DNA of 41,995 nt from a virus (Duplodnaviria; Caudoviricetes), in the IMG/VR virus record IMGVR_UViG_3300035396_000040, positions 1 to 41,995 of that record. One strand, 5' to 3'. The notes under the pieces were generated by a model that had not been told where the DNA came from, made no database searches, and was given only the letters and a program-made list of their open reading frames with translations. Positions 7,168-16,837 of the stretch are shown here, piece after piece. Positions within the stretch are counted from its first letter, which is position 1. Every line of letters starts with the position of its first letter. The position numbers and the translations under genes were made by a program.

Positions 7168-7778
7168 TGTTTAAAGATGCTAGTCTTGATGACTTAAAGA
7201 TGATGTTTGCTAAAACCATCATTAGGTATAAAGAGTTTCCTGTATTCGTTGAAGATGTGGCGATTAGTAGGGATGAGAAAGTGATGCTTGAACTCTACTC
7301 TCTCTCTACTGGTGAATGTAAATGGTATCCTTTTAATGAGGAAGATTATAATTTTAAACCTGTTAGACTTGGTTATCTTAATCTACGTGGTTTCTCCTAT
7401 TACCTCTATCGCAAACCAGTACGTAAATATAAACAAGGACTAGCATTAGAATCTCTAGCTATTGTTGATTCTGGATACCATTTTCTTGATAATGAGGAAA
7501 GAGGTAGGTCACAAAAAGTCTATAAGTCGATAAAAGAGTTGCATAGTAAAGAATTAGTTGCTACAATTAAAGGATACTATCCCTCTCTTAAAGATGCTCT
7601 CACTATGTTTGAGGATATGGCATGTGAGGTGGCATTTGATAGGCAATTCTCAATTGATAGGAAAATGAATATCTTCTATAAAGGTTGTCCTGTTGGATGT
7701 TATGAGGATGGAAAAATCTCATTCAATAAAGGTCAAGAATATCTTTCTAATGCTTTAAGGAAAAATTATGAAATTTAG
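7167..7778 (+). CDS. hypothetical protein within amidoligase cluster (203 aa)
   Basis: Coupled ORF between the two ligases. Confidence 0.85.
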   Translation: MFKDASLDDLKMMFAKTIIRYKEFPVFVEDVAISRDEKVMLELYSLSTGECKWYPFNEEDYNFKPVRLGYLNLRGFSYYLYRKPVRKYKQGLALESLAIVDSGYHFLDNEERGRSQKVYKSIKELHSKELVATIKGYYPSLKDALTMFEDMACEVAFDRQFSIDRKMNIFYKGCPVGCYEDGKISFNKGQEYLSNALRKNYEI

Positions 7779-8673
7779 TGACATTCTAGGTGCATATGGG
7801 AAAGATAAATGCATCACCTCTAAAGATATTGGAATTGAAATTGAGGTAGAAGGTAGAAACTTACCCAAGATTGATAATTCTTACTGGGTAACTGTGAAGG
7901 ATGGTTCTCTTCGTGGAGAGTCTTACGAATATGTGAGTAATGGGCCACAATATCTCAACAAAGTTCCTCTAATCCTTAAATCACTTAAGAATCGATTAAA
8001 GGATTCTGAATTAAATTTATCATATAGAACAAGTGTTCATATCCACATGAACATGACACAAGAAACTCTTCAAACAATTCAATCCACTGTATATCTCTAC
8101 CTCTTGTTTGAGGATGCCCTTTTAAATTATGCAGGTGAATCCCGTAAAGGTAATAGATTTTGTCTAGGATTTAAGGATGCTGAAGGTTTAGTAGGGAGTG
8201 TCCTCCAATATCTCACACCAAATACTATTATGCATGTTAATGGAGAAGAAGTCCGTTATGCTTCTATTAATATAGCTTCTCTTCCCAAGTATGGAACATT
8301 AGAATTTCGTGCATTACGTGGCACAGTAGATGAGAAAGTTCTCCTTCCTTGGATTAACATTCTATTTAAATTAAGAGAAATTGCTAGGTATGTATCTCCC
8401 GAGGATATATACAACCTCTCTATGAAAAAAGGTACAGAGGGATTTGCAAGAGATACTCTCCAAGAATATTTCAATATATATTACTACGATAGTATGTATG
8501 AGGATATTGATTATAATCGTAGTTGTTTGATTGATATTCCTTTTAAATTTACTACTAATGCCCTCCTTCCTCTCCCACAGAAACGGATAATAAAACAACG
8601 TATTATTCTTGATGAGTTTAATGAAGAGGGGGAAGAGGAGCAACCTGATGAAGAAGATGAGGATGGAGAATGA
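7768..8673 (+). CDS. putative amidoligase (Amidoligase_2 / COOH-NH2 ligase fold) with acidic tail
   Basis: GIEIEVE, DGSLR, EYVS, SVHIHMN, GTLEFR motifs. Confidence 0.88.
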   Translation: MKFSDILGAYGKDKCITSKDIGIEIEVEGRNLPKIDNSYWVTVKDGSLRGESYEYVSNGPQYLNKVPLILKSLKNRLKDSELNLSYRTSVHIHMNMTQETLQTIQSTVYLYLLFEDALLNYAGESRKGNRFCLGFKDAEGLVGSVLQYLTPNTIMHVNGEEVRYASINIASLPKYGTLEFRALRGTVDEKVLLPWINILFKLREIARYVSPEDIYNLSMKKGTEGFARDTLQEYFNIYYYDSMYEDIDYNRSCLIDIPFKFTTNALLPLPQKRIIKQRIILDEFNEEGEEEQPDEEDEDGE

Positions 8674-9422
8674 AAAAGTTATTCCTATATAGCTACAATC
8701 GTGGAGATAGTGCTAAGGCTTTGAAAGAAGCTCTAGGATGTAAGCTTATCGCTCTTGAGAACTCTAGGTATAAAGGTTCTCAAGATAAGGTGGTGATTAA
8801 TTGGGGATGTTCCTCCCTCCCTGATGAAGTGATGAAGAGTGTAGTTCTCAATCACCCTAATGCTATTAAGAAGGCTGTTGATAAGCGTCTGTCCTTTGAA
8901 TCATTTAAGGAAGTGATGGAGACTACCCCATTCACTACCAACAAGGAAGAAGCTATTGAGTGGATCAAGAAAGGAAAGGAAGTGGTAGTACGTGGAAAGG
9001 TTAATGGTCATGGAGGAGAAGGTATCTCTCTCTGCTCTAATGAACAAGAGCTTCCTGATGCCCCTCTTTATACCCAATATATCCCTAAGACTGAGGAGTA
9101 TCGTGTTCATGTGTTTCAAGGGAAGATTATCTTTAGACAACGTAAGGCACGTAGCTTTGATGTACCTAATGATAAGGTTAATTGGAAGGTGCGTAATCTA
9201 GCTGGTGGATTCATCTTTGCTAATCAGGAGATTATTCTGACACAAGCATGTGAAGACATGGCTATCCTTTCTGTTAAATCTCTTGGGCTAGATTTTGGAT
9301 CAGTGGATATTATCTACAATAAGACACGAGATGCGTATTACGTTTTAGAAGTTAATACCGCATCAGGGCTTCAAGGGAAAACCTTAGAGGCTTATGTAGG
9401 AGCTTTTAAAGAATGTGTATAA
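8670..9422 (+). CDS. ATP-grasp (RimK-like) peptide ligase
   Basis: INWG, DK, GHGGEG, YTQYI, EYRVHV, GLDFGSVD, VLEVNTASGL. Confidence 0.9.
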   Translation: MKKLFLYSYNRGDSAKALKEALGCKLIALENSRYKGSQDKVVINWGCSSLPDEVMKSVVLNHPNAIKKAVDKRLSFESFKEVMETTPFTTNKEEAIEWIKKGKEVVVRGKVNGHGGEGISLCSNEQELPDAPLYTQYIPKTEEYRVHVFQGKIIFRQRKARSFDVPNDKVNWKVRNLAGGFIFANQEIILTQACEDMAILSVKSLGLDFGSVDIIYNKTRDAYYVLEVNTASGLQGKTLEAYVGAFKECV

Positions 9423-10123
9423 TGAAAACAGTAGAAGAGATTGCGCTGGAAGTACGTGATGAACTAGTGGAAGGCAGCAACTTTTACATTAGCCCGGCGG
9501 ATGCGATAACTTTCGCCACCCGCTTCCTCGCCGCAGTTGATGCGGAGCCTTGCCCGAAGTGCGCCGAGTGGGAAAACAAATACCTGATGGAAGTCGCAGT
9601 CAACGCCGGGGACGGCGTGCTGTTGTCGGAGAATGAGCGGCTGAAAGAGAAGTGCGCCGAGCTTGAGGCCGAAGATTCCGCCGTCCAGCTACTGAAAGAC
9701 AGCACAATCAATCAACAGACCGAGCGTATCAAAGAGCTTGAGGTCGAGCGTGCAGCGCTGAGAGAAGACAGAGACGAGCATTTACGTGTTGGCACTCTGG
9801 CGCTGCAAGAGCGTGATGCACTGGCGATTACATTGCAGCAGATGCGGGAGGCTATAAAGCGGCAATGGGACGCTGACGATAGGCTGATGAATGCGCCATT
9901 CAACGTAAAGAAAGAAGAATACGAAGCCGCACTTGAAGAGCATACCGCATCACATGATTCATTTATGAAACTGCTTAACGAACCCGACCACGCCGAAATC
10001 ATCAAGCGGCACAATTCGGAGGTGCTATCCGAAGTCATTGAGCGAATCATTGATAACGCAATTAATACCCTTACAAGTATAGATGTAATACGTTTAATGA
10101 TTAAAGAATTAGAGGAGAAATGA
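9422..10123 (+). CDS. coiled-coil hypothetical protein, GC-rich relative to the genome
   Basis: TAATG coupling; CPKC plus long heptad helices; many CG-containing codons. Confidence 0.8.
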   Translation: MKTVEEIALEVRDELVEGSNFYISPADAITFATRFLAAVDAEPCPKCAEWENKYLMEVAVNAGDGVLLSENERLKEKCAELEAEDSAVQLLKDSTINQQTERIKELEVERAALREDRDEHLRVGTLALQERDALAITLQQMREAIKRQWDADDRLMNAPFNVKKEEYEAALEEHTASHDSFMKLLNEPDHAEIIKRHNSEVLSEVIERIIDNAINTLTSIDVIRLMIKELEEK

Positions 10124-11790
10124 ATAAAGGAATATGTGTAGAGAAACTCCCTCACCAGACAGATAAATGTGATTCTGGTGATGGGTTGCAAGTATTTATG
10201 AACGAGGATGGAACATACTCTGGGTATTGCTTTGCTTGCTCTACATATGTTCCTGATCCTTATCACGACAGGCCAAAGAATTATAAGCCTGTAGCTATTA
10301 GACGCCCACAAAAAGAAATAGAAAGGGAAATAGCAGAGATATACGATACCTATATCACAACAGACCTACCAGCAAGAAAATTAAGAAAGGAAAGTCTCTC
10401 TCACTTTGGTATTAAAATTGGACTATCCGAAGTAGATGGTGTAACACCCACTCTCCATTACTATCCTTATTATAAGAATGATGTACTTGTAGCTTACAAG
10501 GTACGTATCATCGAGAATAAGAAGATGTGGAGCATTGGTAATCAATCAGATGTAGATATGTTTGGCTGGGATCAGGCTATTAAGGCTGGTGCTAAGAAAC
10601 TCTTTATCACTGAAGGAGAATGTGATGCTGTTGCTCTATATCAAATCTTTAAAGATCATAACAAAGGAACTCCATATGCTGATATGGAGCCTGCTATCAT
10701 CTCTCTCCCACATGGAAGCGGAGGGGCTGCGAAGGACATTGCAAGAGCAGCTAAGTCCATACGAGAGTTCTTTAAGGAAGTAATCCTCGTATTTGATAAT
10801 GATGTAGCTGGTAAGAAAGCTGTTCAGGATGTAATGACTATTCTTCCTGAAGCTGTTAGTGCTTCTCTTCCAGCTAAGGATGCTAATGAATGCCTAATTC
10901 AAGGTAGAAGTAAGGCTTGTTACAATGCTGTAGTGTTTAATGCACAGAAGCCTAAAAACACCAGAATCGTTCATGGTGAGGATTTAAGAGAGGCAGCTAA
11001 GGCAGTGCCTCAGTATGGAGTTTCATGGCCTTGGAAGCACACTACAGAACTTACAAGGGGTATTCGCTTAGGTGAAACTATCTACATTGGTGCTGCTCCT
11101 AAGATGGGTAAGAGTGAGGTGGTTAATGCCATCACTGCACATTGTATTAAAGAACATGGGTGGAAGGTATTTCTATGTAAGCCAGAGGAATCTAATGTAA
11201 AGACATTTAAGCTTGTAGCAGGTAAGATGGTTGGTAAATTCTTCCATGATCCTTCTAAGCAATTTGATGATGAGGCATTTGAGCAAGCTGCTGATCTAAT
11301 TGGTAGCAATCTTATGATGTTAAATCTATACCAACATGTAGGATGGGATACGCTTAAATCGGATATTAGAGAGGCAGCACAAGAAGGATGTAAAGCCATT
11401 ATTATTGACCCTATTACTAACCTAACTAATGGTGTCAATGCAGCAGATGCTAATACTAAACTACAGGAGATTGCTCAGGAACTTTCTGCTATGGCTCTTG
11501 ATCTAAATGTAGTGATTTTTATCTTCTGTCACTTAAAGAATCCCGAATCGGGACTACCACATGAGCGAGGTGGGAAGGTATTAGATAGTCAGTTTGCTGG
11601 CAGTAGAGCAATGGCACGTAGTTGTAATTATATGTTTGGCTTAGAAGGTAATCGTGATCCTGATATTTCTGCTGAAGAAAGAAATATGAGGAAGCTAGTT
11701 TGTATTAATGACCGAGAGTTTGGTGAAGTGGGTACTACACGTCTTTACTGGGATTCTTCCACCTCCCTCTTTAATGAGATAAATCAATGA
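10120..11790 (+). CDS. DNA primase-helicase (T7 gp4-like)
   Basis: N-terminal Zn ribbon (C..S.D...CFAC), TOPRIM (ITEGECDA, FDNDVAG, KDANE), DnaB-like helicase (GAAPKMGKS, IIIDPI, FAGSR). Confidence 0.95.
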   Translation: MNKGICVEKLPHQTDKCDSGDGLQVFMNEDGTYSGYCFACSTYVPDPYHDRPKNYKPVAIRRPQKEIEREIAEIYDTYITTDLPARKLRKESLSHFGIKIGLSEVDGVTPTLHYYPYYKNDVLVAYKVRIIENKKMWSIGNQSDVDMFGWDQAIKAGAKKLFITEGECDAVALYQIFKDHNKGTPYADMEPAIISLPHGSGGAAKDIARAAKSIREFFKEVILVFDNDVAGKKAVQDVMTILPEAVSASLPAKDANECLIQGRSKACYNAVVFNAQKPKNTRIVHGEDLREAAKAVPQYGVSWPWKHTTELTRGIRLGETIYIGAAPKMGKSEVVNAITAHCIKEHGWKVFLCKPEESNVKTFKLVAGKMVGKFFHDPSKQFDDEAFEQAADLIGSNLMMLNLYQHVGWDTLKSDIREAAQEGCKAIIIDPITNLTNGVNAADANTKLQEIAQELSAMALDLNVVIFIFCHLKNPESGLPHERGGKVLDSQFAGSRAMARSCNYMFGLEGNRDPDISAEERNMRKLVCINDREFGEVGTTRLYWDSSTSLFNEINQ

Positions 11791-12215
11791 AAATTAATTT
11801 TAAACGTACAGATGGGAAAGCACAAACTCCCACATATGCAACAGATGGTAGTGGAGCATTTGATTTCTATGCCCTAGATTCTAAGATGATCATGCCTCAA
11901 AGTTCTAGTATACTCCGTACAGGGATTTCAGTAGAAGTTCCTGAAGGATATGTAATGCTTATCTTTAGCCGATCAGGACATGGATTTAATAGTAATATCC
12001 GTCTTAGTAATTGTGTAGGAGTGGTTGATTCAGACTATCGTGGAGAGGTGATGATCTCCCTATATAATGATGCTCAAGTGAATTACCTAGCTTCTACAGG
12101 TTCTCGTATTGCTCAAGGTATTCTATTTCCTGTAGAGAAAGTAGAGTTTGTAGAAGTGGAGAGTCTGTCTGAGACAGATAGGGGTATGCATGGATTTGGG
12201 AGTACAGGTGGATAA
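11787..12215 (+). CDS. dut: trimeric dUTPase
   Basis: GAFDF, SRSG, GVVDSDYRGE, RIAQ, RGMHGFGSTG. Confidence 0.95.
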   Translation: MKINFKRTDGKAQTPTYATDGSGAFDFYALDSKMIMPQSSSILRTGISVEVPEGYVMLIFSRSGHGFNSNIRLSNCVGVVDSDYRGEVMISLYNDAQVNYLASTGSRIAQGILFPVEKVEFVEVESLSETDRGMHGFGSTGG

Positions 12216-12217
12216 TT

Positions 12218-12373
12218 ATGTGTGCTGATGGATGGTTTAATGGGGAACCTACAGGGGAATGCCCTGAATGTGGGGAACCTGTTGATGAGGATGGTGATGC
12301 TGTATCAGGATGTAGCTACTCCCCAATTACATGTGATACATGTGGTGCTAGACCATGTGATGGGAGTTGCTAA
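12218..12373 (+). CDS. small Cys-rich metal-binding protein (51 aa, 8 Cys)
   Basis: Read from sequence: MCADGW...CPECG...GC...CDTCG..PCDGSC; TAATG coupled to sigma gene. Confidence 0.8.
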   Translation: MCADGWFNGEPTGECPECGEPVDEDGDAVSGCSYSPITCDTCGARPCDGSC

Positions 12374-12885
12374 TGGATAAATACCAAATCATTAAAGATC
12401 ACTACATCCAACATCATCAACGTCTAGAGAAGAAATATGCTTATATGACTGGAAGTGTTGAGAATGGGCAAGATGTAGTGCAGGAAGGATATACCCGTGC
12501 TGTCCAATATTTCCATTCCTTTAATAAGGGAGCAGACTTTCAACATTGGTTCTCTCGTATCCTACGTAATTCCTTTGTAACATTTAAGATGGAAGAGAGA
12601 GGACGATATGATGAAGAGTTTGATGAGGAGAATTTTGAAGGTGTAGAAGGGCCGGGATTCCATAAGGTGCTCTCTAAACAACTATATAAAGAGATGGAAG
12701 AATATCCAGAGCATCTACAAGAGATTCTTCTCCTCTATTATAAGAATGGATTCTCTCCAACTGATATTGTAAAGATCACTGGAATCAAGAAGAATACAGT
12801 AAAGCAATTCTTACATAGGTTTAAATTGAATGTCAGAGAAAAACATGGCCCAGATTTGCAAAACGTGTGGGAGAAAACTTCCTGA
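12373..12885 (+). CDS. ECF-type (sigma70 family) RNA polymerase sigma factor
   Basis: Region 2 QDVVQEGYTRA...FQHWFSRILRN; region 4 HTH GFSPTDIVKITGIKKNTVKQFLHR. Confidence 0.85.
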   Translation: MDKYQIIKDHYIQHHQRLEKKYAYMTGSVENGQDVVQEGYTRAVQYFHSFNKGADFQHWFSRILRNSFVTFKMEERGRYDEEFDEENFEGVEGPGFHKVLSKQLYKEMEEYPEHLQEILLLYYKNGFSPTDIVKITGIKKNTVKQFLHRFKLNVREKHGPDLQNVWEKTS

Positions 12886-13318
12886 TGGTTGCAGGAAAGA
12901 CACACAATACTGTAGTTTAAAATGTGCAAACCAATATCGGAATCAGATTTATCGCATTAAACATCCTGAAAAAGTCAAGGATAGGAGGTTAGTTGATAAT
13001 TCATTTACTGAACGAAGGATGTTAACACGTATTAAATCTCGATGTAAATTAAATAATATACCTTTTAATTTAGATTTAGATGATATAAAGATTCCAGAAT
13101 TCTGTCCAGTTCTAGGTATTAAATTAAACCCGAGGACGTTGAAAGCTACTTGCTCCAATGAATCACCATCACTAGATCGAATCTATCCAGATAAAGGTTA
13201 TATTAAAGGTAATGTCCGTGTTATCTCAGCGAGAGCAAATCTATTAAAAAGTAATGCAACAGTTGAGGAACTTGAGTGTGTATTAAATGATCTGAAAATT
13301 CTATATGGAAAAAACTAA
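12830..13318 (+). CDS. free-standing HNH-type homing endonuclease with N-terminal Zn finger
   Basis: CKTC...YCSLKC; CPVLG, SPSLDRI..DKGYIKGNVRVISARANLLK; start may be 12845. Confidence 0.85.
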   Translation: MSEKNMAQICKTCGRKLPDGCRKDTQYCSLKCANQYRNQIYRIKHPEKVKDRRLVDNSFTERRMLTRIKSRCKLNNIPFNLDLDDIKIPEFCPVLGIKLNPRTLKATCSNESPSLDRIYPDKGYIKGNVRVISARANLLKSNATVEELECVLNDLKILYGKN

Positions 13319-15194
13319 TATATGGATTGGAGATTTAGAGAGTGATGGGCTTCTAGATACAGTAACGAAGGTACATTGCGGTGTATTCAAGAACTTACAT
13401 ACTGGTGAGATTATGCAATTCACACCAGACTACATTCTTGAGATGCTTAGATGGATGGATACTACTGATGTTCTTATCTTTCATAATGGTGTAGGGTTTG
13501 ATTATCCAGCACTAGAGAAACTGTATGGGTATGTCTATAAAGGAACTAAAGTTGATACATTGGTTATGTCCCGACTCCTTAATCCTAATAGACAAGTACC
13601 TTTCAACTGTCCTAATAAGAAGATAGGCCCACATTCAGTAGAAGCTTGGGGATGGAGAGTAGGACGTGGTAAGCCTGAGTATGATGATTGGGCTAACTAT
13701 TCTCCTGAGATGCTGCATCGTTGTACTGAAGATGTAGAGATTCAATATCTCATATATCAAGCTCTCCTTAAGGAAGCTAAAGGGAAGAATTGGAAAGATG
13801 CCTTTAAGTTGTCTTTCAAATTATTTGAGACATTACAAAGACAGGAGCAGTATGGATGGTTAGTTGATCAGAATGCTCTGGCATTTGCTATACATCAGCT
13901 TGAACATTGGATAACTCGTATAGATAAAGTCCTTACTCCTAAGCTCCCTCTCATTGTAGAAATAGGGGAGAACAAAGAGAAGGGTGAAATTAAATATATC
14001 AAGAAGCCATTTCTCAAGAATGGCATGTATAGTAAGAGTGTTGACGATTGGTTTAGGATTAATAATATACCTGAGTTTGTTCATATCACTGGGCCTTTTA
14101 GCCGTATCTCTTTTCGTCCTGTTGACTTAAACAGTAATATGGAAACAAAAGCCTATCTGATTGATTCAGGATGGGAACCTTTAGAATGGAATTATAATGA
14201 TGATGGAGAACGAACCAGTCCGAAGCTATCGAAGGATGATCCATTTGATGGGATTGTTGGAGGTATCGGTCGCCTCGTTGCGAAGAGGGTACAGTGTAGG
14301 CAACGTAAATCCATCATTGAGGGACTCACAAAGCTTATTAGACCAGATGGGAGGATTGCAAGCAGAGTTAACACTCTTGCAGTTACAGGTAGAGCAACTC
14401 ATAGGAATATTGTCAACATCCCAAAAGTAGGTAGCTTCTTTGGTAAGCAAATGAGAAAGCTTTTCATTTGTAAAGAAGGATGGACGTTAGTCGGTACTGA
14501 CTCAGACAGTTGCCAACTTCGTATGTTGGGTGGTAGAATGGGTTCTAAGGACTACATCCAAGCTATTTGTAATGGAGATAAGTCTAAAGGAACTGACCTA
14601 CATTCTCTCACTAGGAAGATTGGTGAATTAGAAAGCCGAGACATTGCTAAGAATGTAATGTATTGTTTGCTATTTGGTGGAGGAGATGTTAAACTAGGAA
14701 AGACAGCTAAGAAACCCGGAGAAGGAGCAGACCTTAGAGAACGTCTCTACCAAGGATTTGATGGACTTGGTGAATTAGTAGAACGTCTCACTAAGGAATG
14801 GAAACGTACAGCAAAGACAAGATACAGTGAGAAATGGAATAAAATCGAATATTACGATGGCTATATTACTGGCTTAGATGGCAGGCCCATAAATGTTCCA
14901 TTTGAACATCAGCTTCTTGTCTATCTGTTACAATCAGATGAAGCAATTATGATGACTCTTGCTTATATTAAAGTGGAGAGTTTGTTACTTAAAGAAGGGT
15001 ATAAATGGTATGAAGACTTCGGAATTGTCTGTTGGTACCACGATGAATTCACTATTGAATGTAGAGAAGAAATCGCTGAGAGAGTGGCTGAGTTGGCAGA
15101 GTATTCAATTGCTTGGGCTGGCCGTCATTACAAAATTGCGTGCCCTCACATCGGGGATGCTAAGATCGGAAAAAGCTGGTACGCCATCCACTGA
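13305..15194 (+). CDS. DNA polymerase family A (T7-like) with 3'-5' exonuclease
   Basis: Exo I DLESDG, Exo II HNGVGFD, Exo III CTEDV; TGR; motif A GTDSDSCQLR; motif B RDIAKNVMYCLLFGGG; motif C YHDE. Confidence 0.95.
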   Translation: MEKTNIWIGDLESDGLLDTVTKVHCGVFKNLHTGEIMQFTPDYILEMLRWMDTTDVLIFHNGVGFDYPALEKLYGYVYKGTKVDTLVMSRLLNPNRQVPFNCPNKKIGPHSVEAWGWRVGRGKPEYDDWANYSPEMLHRCTEDVEIQYLIYQALLKEAKGKNWKDAFKLSFKLFETLQRQEQYGWLVDQNALAFAIHQLEHWITRIDKVLTPKLPLIVEIGENKEKGEIKYIKKPFLKNGMYSKSVDDWFRINNIPEFVHITGPFSRISFRPVDLNSNMETKAYLIDSGWEPLEWNYNDDGERTSPKLSKDDPFDGIVGGIGRLVAKRVQCRQRKSIIEGLTKLIRPDGRIASRVNTLAVTGRATHRNIVNIPKVGSFFGKQMRKLFICKEGWTLVGTDSDSCQLRMLGGRMGSKDYIQAICNGDKSKGTDLHSLTRKIGELESRDIAKNVMYCLLFGGGDVKLGKTAKKPGEGADLRERLYQGFDGLGELVERLTKEWKRTAKTRYSEKWNKIEYYDGYITGLDGRPINVPFEHQLLVYLLQSDEAIMMTLAYIKVESLLLKEGYKWYEDFGIVCWYHDEFTIECREEIAERVAELAEYSIAWAGRHYKIACPHIGDAKIGKSWYAIH

Positions 15195-15348
15195 TGTCTA
15201 TTTCCAGCAAATCTGTGAATATGAATTAGCAATTGAACAAATTAATAATCAAATCTCTCAATTAGAATTAGAGAGGGAGCAAGTGTCTAATCAATTAGAT
15301 GTTGCTTTTATGATTTACTCAAATCTTAATATTAAAGGAAATAAATAA
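15157..15348 (+). CDS. small coiled-coil protein (about 63 aa)
   Basis: Fills gap between polymerase and SSB; start uncertain. Confidence 0.55.
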   Translation: MLRSEKAGTPSTDVYFQQICEYELAIEQINNQISQLELEREQVSNQLDVAFMIYSNLNIKGNK

Positions 15349-16031
15349 TGGCTTTGAATGCAAGCAAGGTAGCAAGTGTTGGTGGTGGTAAGGCTCAAGA
15401 ACTTCTGGATGCTGGTGTCTATCCGGGTCGTCTAGTACAAGTGTTGGACTTAGGGCTTCAAGCTCAACGTCCATATCAAGGACAAGAGAAGCCTCCGATG
15501 CAAGAGATTATGCTGACGTATGAATTGTCAGATGAGTTTATGAAAGATGATGATGGTGACGACATTGAGGATAAGCCTCGTTGGGTTTCAGAGACTATCC
15601 CTCTTCATCATCTAAAGGCTGAACTGGCTAAGAGCACTAAGCGTTATACTGCTCTTGATCCAGAGGGTGTATTCGAAGGAGATTTTAGTCAATGTCTAGG
15701 TATTCCAGTTAATATTACATTGGTAAATAATGAGTCTAAAGGTAAGACATATACTAACGTGGCTGGTCTTGCTCCTATGCGTCCTAAGGATGCTGCAAGA
15801 ATGCCGGAGTTGGTTAATGAAGCTAAGTTCTTTGATCTAGATTCTCCTGATCTAGATGTACTCCTTAAGCTTCCTGATTGGATTCAAACTAAGATTAAGG
15901 AGAATCTGAATTATGAAGGTAGTGTGCTTCAAGGGATGTTGAAGGGTGCTCTTAAGAAGGAAGAGAAGAAGGATAAGCCAGCTAAGAAGAAGGAAGCTGC
16001 TCCTATCGAAGATGATGATGTTCCTTATTGA
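15348..16031 (+). CDS. probable single-stranded DNA-binding protein
   Basis: Position after polymerase; Lys/Glu-rich linker and acidic-aromatic C-terminus DDDVPY; SD AAGGA. Confidence 0.7.
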   Translation: MALNASKVASVGGGKAQELLDAGVYPGRLVQVLDLGLQAQRPYQGQEKPPMQEIMLTYELSDEFMKDDDGDDIEDKPRWVSETIPLHHLKAELAKSTKRYTALDPEGVFEGDFSQCLGIPVNITLVNNESKGKTYTNVAGLAPMRPKDAARMPELVNEAKFFDLDSPDLDVLLKLPDWIQTKIKENLNYEGSVLQGMLKGALKKEEKKDKPAKKKEAAPIEDDDVPY

Positions 16032-16837
16032 TTATGATTCCCCTTATTGATGGAGATGTTCTTATCTATGAAGTAGGGTTTGGTGTAATGACAGGATGGG
16101 AGGGAGATGACCCTCCTCCCTTCGATATGGCTAGGGAGATGTTAGAGAATAAGATTTCTAACATTTGTGCTCTAGCAGGAGGGACTAAACCACCAATCAT
16201 CTATATTACAGGTAAGGGTAATTTCAGAGAGAAGATTGCTACACTTAAGCCCTATAAGGGGAATCGTTCTCAACCTAAGCCATTCCATTATCACAATCTA
16301 CGAGCTTATATGGTTGGGGTAATGGGGGCTATCCTAGTAGATGGAATGGAGGCTGATGATGCTCTCGCCATGTATCAAACTGAAACACTAAGTATCCTAG
16401 AAGGAAATCCTCTGTATTCTGGCCCACGTGAAATGACAATCATTTGCTCTAGAGATAAAGACTTAAAGCAAGTACCGGGTTGGCATTATACATGGGAATG
16501 TGGTAAGCAGCCTTCATGGGGGCCATCTTTTGTAGATGGATATGGTGAGATTTATCTAGATGATAAACGTAAGCTTAAAGGATATGGGGATAAATTCTTC
16601 TTAGCTCAATGTCTAATGGGAGATGCTACAGATAACATAGGTGGTATTCCCGGTATGAAGGACGTAGGAGCGTTTAAAATTCTTTCTGATACCCTGACAT
16701 ACCCTGATGGTTTAAAAGCTGTCCTAGAGGCTTACAAGGGCTTCTATGGGGATGATGGAGAGAAGAATCTCCTAGAGAATGGTAGATTGTTATGGATGTT
16801 ACGAGAACCCGATAAAATGTGGGAGATAGATGTATAA
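16028..16837 (+). CDS. 5'-3' exonuclease (T7 gp6/FEN family)
   Basis: LIDGD, NFR, YKGNR, EADD, DKDL, GDATDNIGG. Confidence 0.92.
   Translation: MIMIPLIDGDVLIYEVGFGVMTGWEGDDPPPFDMAREMLENKISNICALAGGTKPPIIYITGKGNFREKIATLKPYKGNRSQPKPFHYHNLRAYMVGVMGAILVDGMEADDALAMYQTETLSILEGNPLYSGPREMTIICSRDKDLKQVPGWHYTWECGKQPSWGPSFVDGYGEIYLDDKRKLKGYGDKFFLAQCLMGDATDNIGGIPGMKDVGAFKILSDTLTYPDGLKAVLEAYKGFYGDDGEKNLLENGRLLWMLREPDKMWEIDV

Noticed and set aside
9712-10311. 199-aa minus-strand ORF and other antisense ORFs in the track
   Set aside because: Shadows of well-supported opposite-strand genes; Ser-rich, no SD
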